Assembly (NCBI RefSeq): GCF_009914755.1
Contig: NC_060931.1
Direction: 5' to 3' (one strand)
Origin: the human T2T-CHM13v2.0 reference genome, Homo sapiens
DNA length: 64,000 nucleotides
The notes below the pieces were generated by a model. It was not told the DNA's origin, did not search any database, and worked only from the letters and a program-made list of their open reading frames with translations. Made by a program: the position numbers and the translations under genes. Shown one piece after another: positions 33,930 through 50,118 of the stretch (its first letter is position 1; each line of letters begins with the position of its first letter).

Positions 33930-35006
33930 CATGCACACACACACACCTGCAGACACACACATGCACACACACACCTGCAGACACACACACACCTACAGAC
34001 ACACACACAACCTGCAGACACACACACACCTACATATACACACCTGCAGACACACACACACCTGCAGACACACACACACCTGCAGACACACACCTGCAGA
34101 CACACACACACCTACAGACACACACACACCTGCAGACACACACATGCACACACACACCTGCAGACACACACACCTACAGACACACACACCTACACACACA
34201 CCTGCAGACACACACACACCTGCAGACACACACATGCACACACACACCTGAAGACACACACAGACACACACCTGCAGACACACACGCCTGCACACACACC
34301 TGCAGATGCACACACACCTGCAGACACACACACACCTGCAGACACACACACGCACACACACCTGCAGACACACACATGCACACACACACCTGCAGACACA
34401 CACACCTACAGACACACACACCTGCAGACACACACACCTACAGACACACACACACCTGCAGACACACACACCTGCACACGCACACACCTGCAGACACACA
34501 CATGCACAGGCACACACACCCCTGCAGACACACACACATCTGCAGACACATACACATGCACACGCACACACACACCTGCAGACACACACACATGCAGACA
34601 CACACACATGCACATGTACACACCACATATACACACATCAACATACACACATACACCCCATACCACACACACACACACAACCACCACACACACATGCACA
34701 CCACATACTACACAGCCCACACACACCACACCCACATGCAGCACACACACAGGCAGCACACACCACCCATACCACACATACACACCACTTACATACCACA
34801 CACACACAACCACCACACACACATGCACAGCAGACACCATGCAACCCCCACACAAAGCACACACATGCAGCACACACCTACCACACACACGCCACATACC
34901 GCACATACTACATACCACACACACACCACACACACATGCGTCACACACCACACACATTGCACACACACCACATACCACACACATCATGCACACACACTAC
35001 AGACAC

Positions 35007-35041
<35 letters not shown>
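33930..35041 (+). repeat. CA-rich minisatellite: [CCTGCAGA(CA)n] array to ~34600, then degenerate CA/CCA, ending in pure (CA)n
   Basis: About 20 exact CCTGCAGAC cores counted by eye, plus CCTACAGAC variants, separated by variable CA runs. Confidence 0.95.
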
Positions 35042-35044
<3 letters not shown>

Positions 35045-35258
35045 ACCCCCTACACCTCCCACCCCAGGGATGGGGGCGCGGTACGCTGCTGCGGTGCCTG
35101 ACTGGAGGTATCTGACTGTCGCGCTGGCTCTGCAGTTCCCTGGGAAGCACTTTGTTCTGAAACTCTCCAATGTCCTTTTGTACTCAAACATCCAGCGCAT
35201 CTGAAGAAATATGCTTCACCCACGGTCCCAATGCACACGAAGTCACTTCAACTTTCAT

Positions 35259-35273
35259 AGGTCAAGAGGTCTA
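35259..35273 (+). promoter_or_regulatory. Degenerate DR3 VDRE-like motif (~-5.7 kb of TRPV6)
   Basis: AGGTCA aga GGTCTA. Confidence 0.5.
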
Positions 35274-38200
35274 ATTTATTGCAGAACTGCCATGCACCTT
35301 TCCCTAGAAAGTGACTTTAGTCCCGGATCCCTTTTCTCATCCCAATCACTCGTTGTAGCTCCATCCCTGGGGCTTCAAGCCCTCATTTCCTACCTCCCAG
35401 TCCTTGGCCCCACGGAGCCTCCACGCCCAAGGAGCTTCACACTCCACACGCTTCCTTAGCAAGATCTGGGGGCAAGATCCAAGAGCAGGGTGGTTGAAGG
35501 GCTGAGTTGGAGATGAAAATAGGGCACAGGGAGGCAGAGGTGATGAGCAGCCACACCACGCAGCCAGTTTTACCATCTAGATATGCATGTGCACGTTATT
35601 TGACATAAATGTATGCATGGTGTATTTTGTGTCAAAATGAATCAATACATGACAGTGATGTTCCAGAGCAATTGTGTGTGTGTGCACGCAGGTGCCTGTT
35701 TTCCAGCATCTTCCCAGCAGTCTATAGATTTCAAGACCCACAGGCATTCAGTCCTCCTGGGCCCCTACCCCTGTGTAGAATGCACCCAAAGGGCATACGT
35801 GGGCATCTGTATGGCCACCGTCCCCTCTTCTCCATTTCTCCCCACTGTCTGCCAGTTCTCACCCCTCTCCTCTCCCACTCCCCTCCTCAGTGGAAGGTGG
35901 GTCCAACCTTGGGAGTGCTCATGTAGTTTACAGCCCCTCCATCACCCTCTCAATGAGTTTGAGTTCCCCAGCCAGAAGATGTCAGGGGAAGGGCTGAGTG
36001 CTGATCTGGGGAGAATGGGTACTGACCCTCTTGGGTTTGTGAGAGGAGGCCTGAAGCTTTGGAGGAAGCCCATATGCCCCACCTGCTCTGCCCAGCTGCA
36101 GCTAGAATCCCCCTGCCCCCTGCATGGGTCCCCTGACATCTGGTACCCGCAGGAGGATGCCAAGCTCTTCAGTCTTGCCCTGGGCCCAGCCTCTGGTCCT
36201 TCTGGCCAAGTTTCCCCCAAGCCTCTTTTTTCTGCCCCTCATCTTTTTCTCTCTTCCTCATGAGACCCCAAGTTCCCCTCCCTGTGAGAACTGGACCCCA
36301 ATCCTCTTCACTCTACCATACCTGGCCCCATCTCTTCTCTTGCAGGCACAAAAGACAAACAAGAAGAGAGGCTGCAGCCCTTTGGGAAGCTTTACAAGTA
36401 GGCTAAGTGTGCCTTGCAGCGGATCGGCTTTCTGGGAGAAGTAAAATGGAAAGAGCAATTGATCTGTAATAAAGACAGCTGCATTCTAACCCCAGCTGAC
36501 CAGAAATCACTTGGTGTCCTTGGCCAAGTCACTTACATTTTCATTTCCTGATCTACAAAAATAAGGACTCCAGATATTGAGTGCCCCTGTTCCCTTTTCC
36601 ATTCTCTGCTATCCCAGGTAGCCCCCCTCAGCTTCCAGCTATAGGCAGGATGGAGCTCAAAGCTTCATTGTGTCAGAAAGGGCTCATCTCTCAGGTTAAG
36701 CCTGACTGTCTTTGTCTCTGAGTTACACAGGAAGGAGAGAGCAGGCCGCAGGCAGAACATGAAGACACAAAGCCTCTGATTCTCCTCTGACCTTCCGAAT
36801 GACAGGATTCTGTGGTCCAAGTAGCTCTGGCTGAAGAGAGGATGAAGCTCCTGAACCATGGTGATTCTTGGAGCTCTGGAAAGCCACAGATATGGAGGGG
36901 ACAACGTGCGTGTTCCCTCTGACAAGGCGGGAGTGGGCTGGCTCCCCAATCCAGGGCAGTGTCCCCAGACTCTGGACTCTAGGTCACCAACAGTTTTCAC
37001 TCCATGAGAACCTGGCTGTTGCCTCTTAGCCAGAGAGTGGGGAAAGGAGGGTATGTGGGGGCCACTAAGCCCAGAGTAAACAGCATTATTTGGGGCTCAG
37101 AAGACAGGAACAAGCCTTTATCCCAAAGCCCATCATGGCTGTTAAAAATTCAAACCCAAAGCAGAATTCTTTTCCAGAAGCATGCAGTCTGCTCACCATA
37201 GCCTTCTGGGCAGCAGGCCTGCAGGGGTGGCATTTGATTGCCAATCTTCCCCTGGTTGTCCCCACCTGCACTTCTTATTCTTCTCTCTTCAACCAACAAA
37301 CTCAGTGAAAGGGCAGACAGTGAGAAGAACTCTATTGAATTCTATTTAAGGCAAGCAGTCACCCAAACACCCCACCACCTCCTTAAAAAAAAAAAAAAAA
37401 AAAAGCAAAATGCCAGACTTGGTTAAGAGTGGAGGATGGTTTAAGATGTACAGACATGCCCAAACCATGGGAGGGGGACACACTGGAAGCAAGCTGCCTC
37501 TTCTGAAAGGTCTGGGTCTGAGGGGTCCAGGACAGAGAGACCCAGAAGCAGGGAAGGAGCAGAACTGAGGGGGAGGAAGTCCCCTGGAGGTGGAGTAGGG
37601 ACACACCCAAGAACCTAGGGGCTGGGAGGCACCAGCGAGTCAGGGTGCAAACCTTCCCCAACTTTTCTCACAACGGGAGCTTCGCCCCTGGATAGAACTG
37701 CAGTAGGGAGAAGGTGGTGGCTCAGCCTCCCCCTAGACCACAGGGTAGTGCTAAGCTGAGACACCAGGGACTGGGCAGATTCTGTGGCAGATACCTGAGC
37801 TGGGAGGCTGAGAGGAAGGTGGAGTGGCAGCAGCTGAGGGGGCCAGGAGGTGGTGTCCCAGCTGGGTACAGGGAGGGATGGAAGCCCAATAGTGTGTTCT
37901 CCAGATGACTGTTGGGAAATCCTGGACCTAGCTGGGCACCAGGAGCGTGAGGTCGCTAGTCAGTCACTACACTAACAGGAACTAGAAAATTAAAAAAAAA
38001 AAGACTTTAGCTATTCTGCAACTCCCCACCTCCCCAGCCTCCATCACACGATTCTTGGAGCATGGGGCATGGTTCCCTCCTGTGTGTAGTGCCCTGTGCA
38101 CGTGGGAGTGTGGATGCTGGAGTGTGCAACTTGGCTTTGTTTGAGCATGTGTGTGCTGGTACAAGCATGGGGCAAGGTGGGAATGGGCGACAGCTGGAGT

Positions 38201-38789
38201 ATACAATGATCTCCCGATAGGAATCTGTTTACCCATCACCCCTGTCATCACAGAGCTATGTGCTGTGCCCTGGGAGCAGTTCTCCTGCCCGGGGCTCCCA
38301 CTTGCCCTCCTTTATCTTCTCCTCCTCCTTCTCCTTGCCTTGCCGAGGTTTCTAACTATAAGAGCTGACTTTGGAGTGTCTGAGGGAACCCTGAGTCTTC
38401 AAGCTGCTGGGAAGTCCAGGAACTGTTTCGCAGGCAGTACTGGGCCTAAAATTCTTGCAGGCAGACCAAAGTGCAGAAGGAAACTATTGGCACAGGGCTG
38501 CCGATCCGAGTCAACACTGAAGGTGCTGGTGGATGATCCTCTGACTGAAGTTGTGTGCCCAGCATTGAGGGTGGCTGCTGCAATGTACTAAACACACTGT
38601 CAGAAGTGTGCAAGTGCCTGTGAGCTGACAGACTCAGAGGTGTCTTTTAGTTCCATTATCTGTGTTCACCCTTGCTACAGACTTTATGAAGAGGGTTGTG
38701 CTCCATCCACCAGGATCTGGATTTGTCCATCTGTCCATACAACGAGGGAGCCCTTGTGGAGACAGATCTCTCCGGGAGCCCAGAAATCC

Positions 38790-39390
38790 TGGGTCATTGC
38801 CCTGCTCCATTCTGGTGAGATCTGTGACTTCAATCAGACAATCTCTCTGAGAATCAGCTTCCTTGTCTGTAAAACAGGAACGCTTAATACTGCTCTGTTT
38901 ACTTTATGGGGTTGTTTTTAGGATTAAAGAAGATAACGACCATGAAAAGACTTTATACACCATAAAGTGTCATATGAATGCAAGTCACTTGTTTTATCAT
39001 TTTGCTTTGGGGGGAGTATTTGAAATCCAACCCATCTAGGAAACAGCTTTCTGGTAGAGACTTTAGAACTGTCTTATCTCAGGGGCTCTGAATTGTGAGG
39101 TAGAAGTACAAGGTCTTGGAGCCAGATAAATTTGGGTTCAAAATCAGACTCTGCTAATTACTGGCTGAGTGATATTAGTCAAATTGGCACACCCCTCTCA
39201 GCCTCAGTTTCCTTGTCTACAAAAGGAGCACGGTAATAGTCACTTGACCTTAGGCAAGTAACTCACCCTCTCTGGGCCTTAGTTGCCTGTCTGTAAAATT
39301 AGGATGACAACAGCTAACTTGCAGGCTCCTGAGAATTAGATGAGAGAGAAGAGTGTGGGAGGCAGCTGGCCCATGGCAAATATACAGTAA
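38790..39390 (+). mobile_element. Cluster of MIR fragments
   Basis: Repeated MIR cores: cagcttccttgtctgtaaaac, cctcagtttccttgtctacaaaa, gaccttaggcaagtaactcaccctctctgggccttagtt. Confidence 0.7.
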
Positions 39391-40565
39391 TAGCCTCTGT
39401 TCTTATTCCCTCATTCTTCTCTTCTATGGCTGTTATTCTGCCTTGGAGCCCTTTCAGTGATAGACCACATTACCCTCTGGTGAGAAAATCCGCTCTCTCC
39501 CTCCAGGAGACTAGAGTAGATCCTGCCTCAGGCTGTTACCACCTACACAGGGTGGGTTTCTGTATCATCCCTTCCATAGACCTCACCCCCTGCTCTCCCA
39601 AAGAGACTGTTTACATCTAAGTCTCTTGTTCACTGTTGACTTGAATAGTGAGGAAATACGGGTTATGGCATTTCCCCTACACCAGGCTCTCTAATCAGGC
39701 CAATCCTGCCCCAGTTCAGGAAGATGCCCCAGATGATCTGTTCATAAACTCCAGCTCATCCTCTGAAGCCCAACTTGAATGTCACACTCTCTCTTTTCTT
39801 CCCTAGGCACCCAACTCTACCCAGTCAGGGCCAGTCCCTGCCTCTCCTGTGCCCCCACCTCTCTTCCCTCCTGCCCTGCATGGAAAGGATCTTACTGCAT
39901 TAACATTGTCCCTTTGCTTGCCTATTTTTCCCACCTAGAGAGTCTCAAAGGAAGAGGCTAAATCACATCACATTCTTCTTTTTCCGCACTGGAGTGCCTG
40001 GCGTAGAGTTTATGATGAACTACGTTTTATGAGGAATGAGCTGTGCCTGGGAAATTGCAAGCTATTTAATAGGTATATTTTCTTTCCTAGGCCCCAAGGG
40101 TAAAGGTGGCCCAGTGTACAAGAGAGGGGCTCAGAAGGTGGTGAAGAACAAGGAAAGGTGGCAGGGAGGTGTGTGTGTGCCCGGTGGGGTGGGGAGGGGG
40201 TTTTTCAATCCCCAGCCCACACACAGAGAAATGGCCATCTGCTCTTGAAAGATTAATTGGCCTGGATAAGGTGGGAAGGGAGCAGCAACTAGGATGGAGG
40301 AAAGGACGTGGTGTATGTAGCAGAGACACCTGTCTCCCCAGCCATTCCCACCCTCCCGCCCTGAGCTTCCCCATCAGGTCTGGCCTGGGACCCAGAGGGA
40401 AGGAGTGATCACTGACCTGAGACCTGGGGGGTTGGCACAGAGGCCATGGAACCTGGGATTGCCTCCTTCTTGCCCCTCAGGTTCACCAAGTTCACCTGTG
40501 GAGGGAGGGAGAGAGAGAAGGGAAAGAGACAGAGATTTCTGCCTGGGTAAAGAAAGAACAAGTTG

Positions 40566-40750
40566 CTTGGGCAACATGGCTAAACCCTGTCTCTGCCAAA
40601 AAACAAACAAAAAACTAGCCAGGCATGGTGGTGCACCTGTAGTCCCAGTTATTTGGGAGGCTGAGGGCTGAGTTGAGACTGCAGTGAGCCACCATCACAC
40701 CACTGCACTCCAGCCTGAGTGACAGCGTAAGACCCTGTCCCCCAAAAAAA
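40566..40750 (+). mobile_element. 5'-truncated old Alu (AluJ-like) with 17-bp TSD aaagaaagaacaagttg
   Basis: Partial left arm plus internally deleted right arm, with an identical flanking duplication. Confidence 0.85.
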
Positions 40751-41567
40751 GAAAGAACAAGTTGTTGCAACCCTCCCTTTGCAGCTGCCCTCTCTGGATG
40801 TGGTTTATTTAGGGAGAAGAGAGAGACTACAGGATGAGGGGCTGGAGTCTGAGAGTTCCTGAAGAAGTAAAGAGCCATCATTGGGGGGTTACCCTCTCTG
40901 ACCTATGGGCATGACAGAGGCTCTAAGGACCTGGCCAGTGTCACCTTCATGGAGCCATGGCCTTTTATTTCTACATCTCTTTCCCTTATATCCTTATTTC
41001 TGAATTGGAAGACAGTGTCCAGAGGGGGCTCAGAAAAAGCAGAGGGAGCAAGAGCACAAGAGAAGGGAACCAGGGCAGCCCAAGGTATTGCAATCACTCC
41101 TTACAGCAGTAAAATTTTAGGAACGTGTGTGCTTTCACATGCTTGGTGCTATTTTCTTGTCATAATCATGTCAGGTACACAAGTCAGAAATTATCATCAT
41201 CACTGACTGATGTACAGGTTTCCTCACTAATACCATGGCAGAGCTGGGGAGTAAAACTGGGTTTTCACATGCACACGTCATCCGGCAGGGGCCCCCGTTC
41301 TCGAGGGAGCTCTGCTCATGGGGATGAGAAAAGAGGCAGCGGCTGAGGTGGCCTTGGGTTAACCGAGCACCTAAGACAGTACCGACCAAAGAGGGCCCTG
41401 GTGGTGGTTGGGGCAGGGTGGTAGTGATGATGTGTCTTGGAGGCAGGTTGTAACCCTCAGTGGGCACCACAGTTTGGTCAGGAAGAAGAAAAAAAGCAGC
41501 TCAAGTAAAAGGGCCAAAGAAAGAAAGCTTTGTTGAAAAGAGAATGACCTTTAAGAATCATGAAGGA

Positions 41568-41870
<303 letters not shown>

Positions 41871-42624
41871 TCACGAAGGAGAAGCTCTTCCTCACAGGTA
41901 AGTGCAGGAAGCACTGCACAGGTAAGTGTGGAGGCACACACTCAGGCTTGCCATGCTGCAGCTGGCTTGCACAAGCCCCTACCCCCTCAGGCTCAATTGA
42001 TCCTAATTGCCGCCTCCTCAAACCCAGGGATAACAAAGAGGTGCAAGCAAAATGAAGAAGGTGTGTCCAGTCCTTCCCCAGGTGGCTCCAACCTGGCTGC
42101 CATCCCAGGGCAGAGAGGGGGGGGCCACACTTCACCAACTTCTCCCTGTCTGCATGACATCACTCAGCATTACCTGGTTAAAGTATTTCTCACCATGCCC
42201 ATTTCTCATCTTTTCCTCATTAACCTTTAAGAAACAAGTGAGCTTGACTCAAGGAGGTAAATGATCCTTGACCTCATGTCAAGGCATTCTCTCAGTTTTT
42301 CCTGGAGTGATCTCAGGTGTGCCAAGCAGCCTTCTGGATGCCATTGTTGGCCCCTCTCTCTCTCTCCAATGTCTCTTCTCTGCCCTGCCATGCAATGCCA
42401 TCCTGCTCTAAGGACCTGCTAAGACAGCCCTACCTTGGCTTACTCTCTCCCTCCTCCTTTTTTTCCCCTCCCTCAGCTCTGCCCAGACCTTATCTTGCAT
42501 TTCTTCAGATGCAACACAGGGGGAGGAATGCTGACCTCTGGCCCCCATTCCTGAGGCTTCCGGCACAGCCATTCCTCAGGTGCAACTCAGCTGTTCTTAC
42601 CAGAACCCAGCACCTTGTCAATAA

Positions 42625-43011
<387 letters not shown>

Positions 43012-43864
43012 TGAGAACAACATTTTCTCATTGCTTTCCAGCCTCTGGCCTATGAGACATACAGAAGCATGAATATTTTTTTGCATTCTATATTCTGAAA
43101 TAATCAGGGATGGGGGAGACAGAGGGGGAAGAATAGTAACCATTTGTGGGTACCTGAAGAATTCCTGAGGCAGAACGAGCAGTGGATATTTCTTCTACTC
43201 CCTGTCCCTGTCTCTGAAGTCCTGTATAGAAGCCTTGCAGCTGCCAGGCAGGAAGAGACATTTGCCATCTCGTTTAGCACACGGGTCACTTCCCACATCT
43301 GCCCTGCAGTGAGCTGATGTCTGTGTGTATGTGTTCTCTTCCCTTCTCACTTGGGCTCCTGAGGGCAGATGTGGAATCTCACAGATTATCTTAATGCCTC
43401 TTACAGAGGGTACCACATACCAGACAGTAAGTGCTGTCCCAGAGCTTTGCTGAAGGACTTCTTGCCCCCTTTTCCTCCTCCTCCTCTTATTCTTCATCTT
43501 TTTTCCCCTTCTTCCTTCTTCTCTTCTCTGTCAGTCCCCCTCCTGCCCCTTCTCCTCCACCACCTTTTTCCTCTTCCTCCTCCTTCTTCTCACTCTCTCT
43601 CTCTGTGTCTCATATATACACACACAGACACACACACAAATACATATTCACACACACGTATATTTAGGCTAAAAACATGTTCTAGCAATCACATTTGCAT
43701 TGGTTTTTATTCTTTCCAAAGTGTTTCCACTCATATTATGTGGTCATCTTTAATTACTACAACCTCACTCAAAAGGCAGCTATTTTTTTTACCACCTCTG
43801 ACAGGTAGAAAAAAAGTGGAAATATGTGTGGCCAGTAAGAAAAGTCAGAATAAAAATAGGTCAA

Positions 43865-45780
<1,916 letters not shown>

Positions 45781-45787
45781 TGGAAGT

Positions 45788-46442
45788 TGTAAACTGAGAA
45801 AAAGATGTCTGAGACAAGTCTCGATCAATTTACAGGTTTATTTTGCAAGGTTGAGGACACAGGAAAAAGAGACACAGGCCACAGTAAGATCTGAGGCCTG
45901 CACTTTTTCCAAAGTGGGTTTTGAAGGCTTCAATATTTAAAGGGGTTAAGTGGCCAGGAGGGGAAGGAGAAAAGTTAAAGAAAAGTGGCGGAGAGTAGAC
46001 AAGTGGTTACATTCTTTTGAGGCTTTGATTAGTGCTCACTGAATCCACATGTTGCATGTGAGAAGCAGGGGACAGAGGAACAGTCATTTATGTATTTGTG
46101 TCATGCTCAGTAAATCTGCACTTTACATAAGACAAAGTAAATTAGAGGAAGAAGTCAAATATGCCTTCATCCCAGGGTAGGAGGAGGGACGATTTCTATT
46201 CTTCTCTTCTCCTGTACCCGTGAAGATAAACTGTTAATTTATAATGTCAGGGTGAAGGAGGCCATCTGGGGAGCTAATGTGGCCTTCTGTCTTGAGGCTA
46301 TCTGTTTAGGAACAAAAAGACAGGCAGTTTCCAAACTTTTTGGAAGAAAGGCAACTTCCAAAAGTTTGACTCAGTTTCCAAACTTAACTTTTCCCTTTCA
46401 CATAGTGAGTTTGAGGTCCCAAGATGTTATTTTCCTTTCACA
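45788..46442 (-). mobile_element. MER4-group ERV1 LTR (3' LTR)
   Basis: On - it begins tgtgaaaggaaaataacatcttgggacctcaaactcact, is preceded by a polypurine tract (gggtgggagga) and ends ...tttaca. Confidence 0.8.
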
Positions 46443-49400
46443 TCCTCCCACCCTGTTCTTCCAAATCTTTCAGGGAAAGCATTGTAGAAGAAAGTGAGTG
46501 TCTGATCTCAGGTTTGGTCTGATCCCTTGTCACTAGGACAGTTTATTTCTAGAGGGTTAGGTCCCTCATTTTAGAAAGGATCATTCTTAGCAGGTTGTGA
46601 AGTTTCATGTTCCACAGAGAAAAATAGGGGAAAGAAGAGAGAAAGAAAACCAGTAGAAAAGGAGGAAAGATCATGACAACAAAAGGGGAAAGTAATCCTG
46701 GAAAACTGATTTAGGCTATATTGCTCTGAAGTCCATGAATGAGTAGGCAGGCACAAAAGTGGTTTATATATATAAATAATTTGCTGTTACTTTTCCCAAA
46801 GTTTAAGTTTCAAGTTTCACTTGGCAGAACTTTAAGAAAAGCACAGTTTTAATTTTAATTTAATTTTAAATTAAAATTTCTAGTTTTAATTTCTAGATTC
46901 CAAATGAGAAAAAAAAGGGAAAAAATGAAAGAAAAAGGAAAAAAAAAATGAACAGTAGTTTGGAGACTTGTAGCCAGGAAAGGACTTAGGATTCAGTCCA
47001 AATGCATTTTAACAAAGAATGAAACTGAGAAACAATTGATAAGGTGGGGTCTAAGAAGAGGTGTTTTATATGTTTTTTTTAAAAAAAAAAAAACATAATT
47101 TTTATCTCAGTCCTCCATTTTTATCAAAGACAAATCATAGTAGGACTAATTTATTTGTAAAAAAGCTTTAGTTGTATTATACTTCACCTGATTCTTTGTA
47201 TAAAGTGCAGCAAGAATAATTATTTTCTATTTAGGCTTTTTTAAAATTGACTTTGCTGGAAACTTTTTTATTTAAGGAATCTTAGTTTAGACTTTTTAAA
47301 GGCCCCAAGCCCAGTCAAGAATTTATTTGTGCCTGCAGATATCTGTATGAACTGGGCGAATGCCTCTCTTCTTAATCCCAAGATAACTTGGGGTTCCCGG
47401 GCCTGCCAGAAAGTAACGTTCTTTACTTATCACAGGTTGGGAACCCTGTAAAAGAATTGTGTAGGCAAGGTACAAGGCCAGTTTTTTTAAGGATCTTTTA
47501 TTGGCTCTATAAGTCAATGGCAATTCCTTAAAACAGTTTGTTGTTTTGTTTATAGCTTAAAATATTTCATTCTAGTCAAAGCTTTAGTAAAATAATAGTC
47601 TCCAATTGTGTCCTGTTACAAAAGAAAGCAGATTCTTATTGAGCTCATACAAATAACTATATTGTTATAAATTAAGAATACTCAAAAATAGTTTTCAAAT
47701 TCTGGAGAAATCAGGTAGAGAGAAAGAAATATGCTTTAAATTTTGCTCACAAGAGCATATTTTACTCAATTGTTAAAAGCTGTAAACAACCCAAAAAATG
47801 AAAAGAATCACCAATGTTTCAGACAAAAAGATCACACAAAAAATTATTTTAGTCTTCTATTAGCTCAGTTCATGCAATTAACCTCTGTTCTATTTGATAT
47901 TGGGTCAACAATCCTCATGAATACATCAGATCTCCAGGAGTGTCCTGGAAGATTTTTTTCCTCTATTTTAATGGCACAATCTCCAAAGCTGTCAGAAACC
48001 TGCATTTAAAAGTATCCATCTGATACAGTTTGGCTTTGTGTCCCCACCCAAATCTCATCTTGAATTGTAATCCCATAATCCCCACATGTGGTGGGAGGGA
48101 CCCAGTGAAAGGTAATTGAATCATGGGGGGCAGTTCCCCCCATGTTGTTCTCATGCTAGTGAGTTCTAATGAGAACTCACTCATTCAGTGAGTTGCCCAC
48201 TGTACTCTAGCATGGGCAACAGATGGTTTTATATGGGGCTACCCACTTTGCTTGGCACTTATTCTCTCTCCTGGCACCCTGTGAAGAGGTGATTCTCCAG
48301 TGATTCTAAGTTTCCTGAGGCTTCCCCAGTCATGCAGAACTGTGAATCAATTAAACTTTTCTTTATAATTTACCCAGTCTCAAGTATCTCTTCATAGCAG
48401 CATGGGAATGAACTAATACACCATCAGAGTCCTATAACTGATTATAAGCAACTTTTTGAAAAGGAACAAAGTAAAATAATAATTGTGAATGACAAAAGAT
48501 ATCCACAGTCAAAGATATAATTGACAAGGAAATCTGGTTATTTCTGTGGCACACAATAATTTACCATAATTATAATTATTACTGATCACATATACCAAGA
48601 CATATTAAAATTATAAGAATATTATACAATTTTGGAACACATAACAATAGCACATTTATATAAATATATTTCAAAGAAAGTTACACACCATTTTATACTT
48701 GGCAATGCCTCCTGTATGATTTTAACATATCAAATAAGCCAAATATGCCTCTGTTGGACATTTAAAAGTCAGTTTGAGGTTAAAAGACTGCATTTAGAAT
48801 TTAATCTTGGAAAGTTAGTCCAACATTAAAAGTTTAAAGCACTTGATATCGCAAAATGAGATTACAGGTCATTATAATCATTTAGCTAAAGTGATAACTC
48901 ACCAATTTTAAAAAAAAGCAGAAATCTTTACTCCTTGATAAAGAAGACCTCAGTTTTCTAAAAAATAGGACCTAATAGAGACAGTGTGAAGCCAACTGAA
49001 TCTGTCTCTCTCTCTCCTTCTTCTTTAATTTTTTTGGCAGTTTATTCAAAGGGCAAATGAAAATCTTTTACTATCTCTTAATATTATACAAAAATCTTAT
49101 TTAAAAGAGAAAACCAAATTTTATTTTTGTATTACTGTATTGTTAATTCTAAAGCTTTAATAGAATCTTATAAGCAAATCTACCAAATTTTAATTAGTTT
49201 GATTGTAAGGTAAGATTTCCATGAGGCTTTTATAAACTTTACAAATTTGTGTTAAAGAACACATCAATATTCCAAGAAAATCCTGCCTCACACAGGTGCT
49301 CAGATTCTGACCCTGCATCAATGTGCTATTTATATGAATGTTCAATTTGTATAATATCTAAATAATCCCCTTAAAATTTTAGCCAAACTTGATCACACAC

Positions 49401-49820
49401 AAAATTCCTTTTACAAGATCAATCTTCCACAAACCTTCTACGACTTGCTTAAACCTTCAGTTTTGTCGTTTCTGTTAACTTGAAACAGTCCTTAAAATCC
49501 TCTAAACTAGAAAAAAACACTTTCTCTTAAAAAAGAACCACACTCCCATGACTTATTTTAACATTTGTTCTCCAAAAAAAACACAGCCTACCTGTTTAAT
49601 ACACATTGTATGTACCTAGTAGTTTTAATTACATTCATTAATTTATAATGTTAACTCTTAGTAATTCTTATTTTAGTGAAAAACCTAGGCAGTAAGCAAT
49701 TTTAATTACATACCAGGTGCACAAGCCAGGACAAAGGACAATACCTGGGGGCAGGCCAAGGGCTCAAATCAAAAGACATATAAGTTTATAGACAAGTTAA
49801 GCAAGTATTAAAAGGATTAC
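46443..49820 (-). mobile_element. MER4-group ERV internal region (AT-rich, non-coding), with nested THE1
   Basis: Contiguous with the LTR polypurine tract. AT-rich composition typical of non-autonomous MER4-int sequence; no intact ORF. Confidence 0.65.
48021..48420 (+). mobile_element. THE1 (C/D-like) MaLR solo LTR with 5-bp TSD ccatc
   Basis: tgatacagtttggctttgtgtccccacccaaatctcatcttgaattgt...gaactaataca, with ccatc on both sides. Confidence 0.92.
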
Positions 49821-49822
49821 AG

Positions 49823-50118
49823 GGCTAGTGCAGTGGCTCATGCTGTAATCCCAGCACTGTGGGAGGTCGAGGCAGGTGGATTGCTTGAGACCAGGAGTTC
49901 AAGACTAGCCATGGGCAACATGGCAAAACCCCATCTCTAAAAAAAATACAAAAATTAGCTGGGTGTGGTGGTGCACACCTGTAGTGCCACCTACTTGGGA
50001 GGCTGATGGGGGAAGATTACTTGAGCCCAGGAGGTCGAAGCTGCAGTAAGCAGTGATCACACCACTGTACTTCAGCATGGGCAACAGAGCAAGACCCTGT
50101 CTCAAGAAAAAAAAAAAA
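49823..50118 (+). mobile_element. AluJ SINE
   Basis: ggattgcttgag and gaggtcgaagctgcagt diagnostics; TSD aaaagga(t/c)tacag. Confidence 0.92.

Noticed and set aside
33930-34600. Repeat-spacer appearance suggestive of a CRISPR-like array
   Set aside because: The spacers are only variable CA runs, not unique sequence. The context is eukaryotic and there are no cas genes.
33698-35204. Long ORFs (467, 425 and 269 aa; His/Thr-rich on +, Val/Cys-rich on -)
   Set aside because: Artefacts of CA repeats, which lack stop codons in several frames. No domain structure or splice context.
35613-38591. Intergenic ORFs of 146-216 aa as a hidden gene between TRPV6 and TRPV5
   Set aside because: No recognisable domains and no consistent exon chain; compatible with chance ORFs in GC-moderate DNA.
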